Source: a bacterium
GTDB taxonomy: Bacteria; SZUA-182; DTGQ01
NCBI GenBank assembly: GCA_040752695.1
Contig: JBFMGO010000035.1
Span: forward strand, 1 to 46,173
Length of the DNA stretch: 46,173 bases
Direction of reading: 5' to 3'
A program made the translations under genes and the position numbers. Under the pieces are notes generated by a model, which was not told the DNA's origin, did not search any database, and worked only from the letters and a program-made list of their open reading frames with translations. This document shows, piece after piece, positions 43,356-46,173 of the stretch. Numbering within the stretch: the first letter of the stretch is position 1; the number at the start of each line of letters is the position of its first letter.

Positions 43356-43393
43356 ACTGTATCACATTTACCAGACTGTATCACATTTACCAG
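43356..43393. repeat. Perfect tandem duplication, 2 x 19 bp
   Basis: ACTGTATCACATTTACCAG occurs twice head-to-tail. Confidence 0.9.
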
Positions 43394-43755
43394 GTTAATG
43401 CTAACCTTCCAGCGTAGAGTTTTGCACATGACCTCACGGTGATGGCTGGTTCTTCCGTAATCATTCATTTCCATCCATGGCAATCACTCGACTCTTATTT
43501 GAATCACTCACCCCCATTTATTTTCCGTCATTTTGACCAGCGGGACAATCTTTAAGCATACTTTTTCCATAAGGGAGGGATCTTGGCACCTTTTTCAAAA
43601 GGCAAAGGCGCATAAGCTCTAGAGCTCATGTCATAAAAAGAGCACACCTGCACCCTTCTCTTCTGAAGCACATCCGCCACCTCCCCTCTTTCTCGCCCCT
43701 TTTCTCCTGGTGGCACCTATGCTGTCTCCCTGTCGGGCAAGTCGGAACGGGAACA

Positions 43756-43771
43756 TGGTATAAGCGTTGCA
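43756..43771 (+). promoter_or_regulatory. sigma54 (-24/-12) promoter of the PEP-CTERM-type gene
   Basis: TGGTATAAGCGTTGCA, an exact GG-N10-GC with TTGCA; sigma54 control is established for many PEP-CTERM genes. Confidence 0.6.
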
Positions 43772-44014
43772 AAGGTCGAAAGAAAAGAGTTTACGAGGAG
43801 GAAGAAATATTTTTAGGGAGGTGATACTAAGAAATCTCGTTATTGCTCCCAACAAGATGCTCAAAAAAGCGACCTGTTAAGTGACCTGCTATTAGGTAAT
43901 GCCCGGCAGGGTGCCTGAGCATTTTCAGGGTTTTCTTCTAAGGGGCCTCTGACACGATAACCTGATACTGTCAACGATATTTTATTACAGTTCCTCAGTG
44001 AGGAGAGAGAATTA

Positions 44015-44713
44015 ATGAAAAAACTATTAGGACTCCTGTGTGTAACGATACTTTTTGGATTAGCGGGCTTAGCAGAAGCTACTACTTTAATAGATATCTA
44101 CCAAGGAGGGACTCTTCTTGGATCTGTTACCCCTTACACCGGACTTATCACCGGGGCAGCTAACTATAATTTCTACAGCGATTCCGGTCACCCGATAAAC
44201 GGGCCTGAGCCTGTATTCAAAGAGGGTGAAATTTTTTTCTATGATGGTTCCGATGGTCTGAATTTCAATGTAATCTTCAGCAAAGAAGGCATCGGCGGAG
44301 CTGCCGGGTCTGCACAGTGGGACATCACCATTACCGGAAGCACAACAAACCTGAGTGTGAGAGTTACAGACGATGCCAGCGAGTTAAGAGAAAATGTAAC
44401 TACTCATGTATTTACAGGCCGTTGGGGTTGGAATAATCAAAACACCGATGGAGGAGTAATTGGAGAGATCGGTGGCAGCGAATGGATCATTACCATCGAT
44501 CCTATTGCTTATAGTCTTGATAACCTGAAAGCGTATAGCGCCTCTGGCTCATCATATGCCTTGAATCTGAATACGGACGCATCGGGCGATATCATTCTGA
44601 AACCGGCATCTTCCCCGGTTCCTGTGCCCGCCACCATACTTCTTTTTTGCTCTGGCTTTTTAGGCTTACTTGGTATTGGTGGAATAAAAAAGGAACGCAA
44701 AGATAATACGTGA
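44015..44713 (+). CDS. Secreted PEP-CTERM/VPLPA-CTERM-type exosortase substrate
   Basis: GAGGAG SD; signal peptide ending AEA; C-terminal PVPVPA + TM helix + basic tail KKERK. Confidence 0.88.
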   Translation: MKKLLGLLCVTILFGLAGLAEATTLIDIYQGGTLLGSVTPYTGLITGAANYNFYSDSGHPINGPEPVFKEGEIFFYDGSDGLNFNVIFSKEGIGGAAGSAQWDITITGSTTNLSVRVTDDASELRENVTTHVFTGRWGWNNQNTDGGVIGEIGGSEWIITIDPIAYSLDNLKAYSASGSSYALNLNTDASGDIILKPASSPVPVPATILLFCSGFLGLLGIGGIKKERKDNT

Positions 44714-44738
44714 TCACTACTCCTGAACGGATCAGTCC

Positions 44739-44777
44739 GACAATAGACGGGATGAAAATATCCCGTCTATTGTCTTT
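44739..44777 (+). terminator. Hairpin/terminator after the PEP-CTERM gene
   Basis: 15-bp perfect stem GACAATAGACGGGAT/ATCCCGTCTATTGTC followed by TTTGT. Confidence 0.75.
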
Positions 44778-45134
44778 GTGACCTTCAAGACAGTTACACT
44801 GGGCGCTTATAAGTCCCGGTGGGTGCTTATACCCATCCGTTGTGCCCCTCCCAGTCCGATGTGCCCCTTCCAGTTAAGTCAGGCTGTTTTTCCATAAAAT
44901 ATACGACTATTTATGAAAAATTTTTCACAAACATCAACTCCTTCAAAAGGATAACCTTAGAACACATCTCTTACACAATATGAAATATTTTGCAAATTTC
45001 CACTCTTCGAAGCCACTATCCATGTCTCCTCAGGAGGACATCCACCGCAACCAATATCTATTAAATATCATGATTATTCAAATAGATAGCAATATATTAA
45101 TATATATTACTTTTTTCCCTACAAATCTCCATAA

Positions 45135-45150
45135 TGGCACAGCTATTGCT
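45135..45150 (+). promoter_or_regulatory. sigma54 (-24/-12) promoter, consensus match
   Basis: TGGCACAGCTATTGCT matches TGGCAC-N5-TTGCW exactly; preceded by an AT-rich tract. Confidence 0.8.
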
Positions 45151-45691
45151 AACGACTGATTAAGGAGAGTTATCATGTATTTATTTATTTGTTCCTGAAA
45201 GGGGTTTGGCTTCGACGAAGATCCCATGAGTATACCCAAAGATGCATACACGGACGGTCATTGCCCTCCCACATTGACAAGGGGATGTTTTTCTCCTTTT
45301 TGAAAAAGGGGGAAGGGGATTTTCGAGAAACACCCCTCATTCAATCAATAACTGGTCAGCTCATTGCAGTGCAATGTATGTAGTTCTTATGAAGGAGGTA
45401 AGTCCTTAGATGTAATTTTCTTTTTATTATAATTTATATTTCCCTGAGAGAACATCTGAGAAACTGCTTAAAGGTAACAGTGACCTGATCTACCGACTGG
45501 CTTATGGTTTTTATAAGCTCCTGCCAATACAAATGAATTAAGCTAATCAGGGTTAAAACTCCAAGGAGGTGATGGCTGGAAAAGAAATCTCTTGCCATTC
45601 GGGGCAAGAGCCGATTCATATGCCCCGGACAAAGAAACAGTTTTTCTTAAAAACCAAGCTTAAAGGTAAAACAGTAATGGAGGTATGTGAG

Positions 45692-46173
45692 ATGAAAAGA
45701 TGGTTTTGGAAAGTCGGGTTAATTTTCGCTATGGTATTAATGGTAAGCTGCCTGACCACAAAAAGAAGTGAGGCCTATTATGGCAGTCTCTACGGCGGCC
45801 TCTACGGCAGTTATGGCAGTTATTACGGCGGCCTCTATGGCGGTCTTTACGGCGGCCTCTATGGCGGTCTTTACGGCGGCCTCTATGGCGGTCTTTACGG
45901 CGGCCTCTATGGCGGTCTTTACGGCGGCCTCTATGGCATGTACGGCTTATATGGCGCTGTCAATCCTTACAGCCCCTTTGGTATCCAGAACATGTATTAT
46001 CCCGTTGATACCGGTACCGGCCTGACCTTCCAGATTCCGTTTATGCAGATAGCTCCGCTGCTGGGAGTTGGTGGTTTGTACAACAATCTTTTCCCCAATT
46101 TGTTTAGCCCGCAGCAGACGGTAGTTCCGTCCTCTACTCCTGTAGCGGCACCTACAAGTTCAATTATCGTGAC
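45692..46173 (+). CDS. Secreted Gly/Tyr/Leu-rich (YGGL)n repeat protein, 5' part (runs off the window; absent from the ORF track)
   Basis: GGAGGT SD 7 nt before ATG 45692. Manual translation: MKRWFWKVGLIFAMVLMVSCLTTKRSEA-YYGSLYGGLYGSYGSY(YGGL)9YGMYGLYGAVNPYSPFGIQNMYYPVDTGTGLTFQIPFMQIAPLLGVGGLYNNLFPNLFSPQQTVVPSSTPVAAPTSSIIV; no stop before the window end. Confidence 0.85.
   Translation, partial: MKRWFWKVGLIFAMVLMVSCLTTKRSEAYYGSLYGGLYGSYGSYYGGLYGGLYGGLYGGLYGGLYGGLYGGLYGGLYGGLYGMYGLYGAVNPYSPFGIQNMYYPVDTGTGLTFQIPFMQIAPLLGVGGLYNNLFPNLFSPQQTVVPSSTPVAAPTSSIIV
45824..45937 (+). repeat. Coding tandem repeat, 24-bp unit x 4.75
   Basis: TACGGCGGCCTCTATGGCGGTCTT at 45824, 45848, 45872 and 45896, plus an 18-bp partial copy at 45920; each unit encodes YGGLYGGL. 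Confidence 0.95.

Noticed and set aside
43584..43725. TGGCAC hexamers near 43584 and 43711 as sigma54 promoters
   Set aside because: Neither has GC at the required GG-N10-GC spacing.
43780..45691. c-di-GMP or c-di-AMP riboswitches in the long leaders
   Set aside because: I could not find the diagnostic conserved cores by eye; an Rfam scan is needed to exclude them formally.
45824..45937. Possible CRISPR array
   Set aside because: Units are head-to-tail with no spacers, lie in a coding frame, and no cas genes are present.
45768..46025. ORF-track 85-aa ORF with (TAASMAVF)n repeats
   Set aside because: Alternative frame of the YGGL repeat. The SD, signal peptide and synonymous-position pattern all support the frame starting at 45692.

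Overview
A 46-kb chromosomal segment from a diderm, LPS-producing bacterium. Gene order is reminiscent of Deltaproteobacteria/Nitrospirota/Nitrospinota-like lineages, but the lineage cannot be fixed from this window. Most of it is housekeeping and on the minus strand: pyrG-kdsA-kdsD-kdsC; SPOR-merR-tRNAPro-FAD oxidoreductase-pcm-tRNAPro-nlpD-rpoS-like sigma; rho; rpmE-prfA-prmC-hisD; coaE; rpsF-ssb-rpsR-yybS-rplI-dnaB-alr-mlaEFD-radA; carD-ispDF-gltX-cysS-rlmB; and the tRNA Thr-Tyr-Gly-Thr cluster before tuf. Two accessory zones encode secreted proteins. Zone 1 (about 17.1-27.3 kb) holds a double-parvulin foldase converging on an operon for a 475-aa secreted protein and a 1705-aa Ig/FN3 multidomain protein. 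Zone 2 (43.3 kb to the end) holds a PEP-CTERM-type protein and a secreted protein, absent from the ORF track, with a (YGGL)n repeat. The three secreted-protein units (not the foldase, which has a sigma70 promoter) each follow a GG-N10-GC sigma54-type promoter. Two of them share a candidate 14-bp upstream activator palindrome at a similar distance. The best candidate for an undescribed system is therefore a sigma54-controlled extracellular matrix/surface-protein regulon that includes a Gly/Tyr/Leu low-complexity structural protein. This is inference from the sequence only; no database searches were run.
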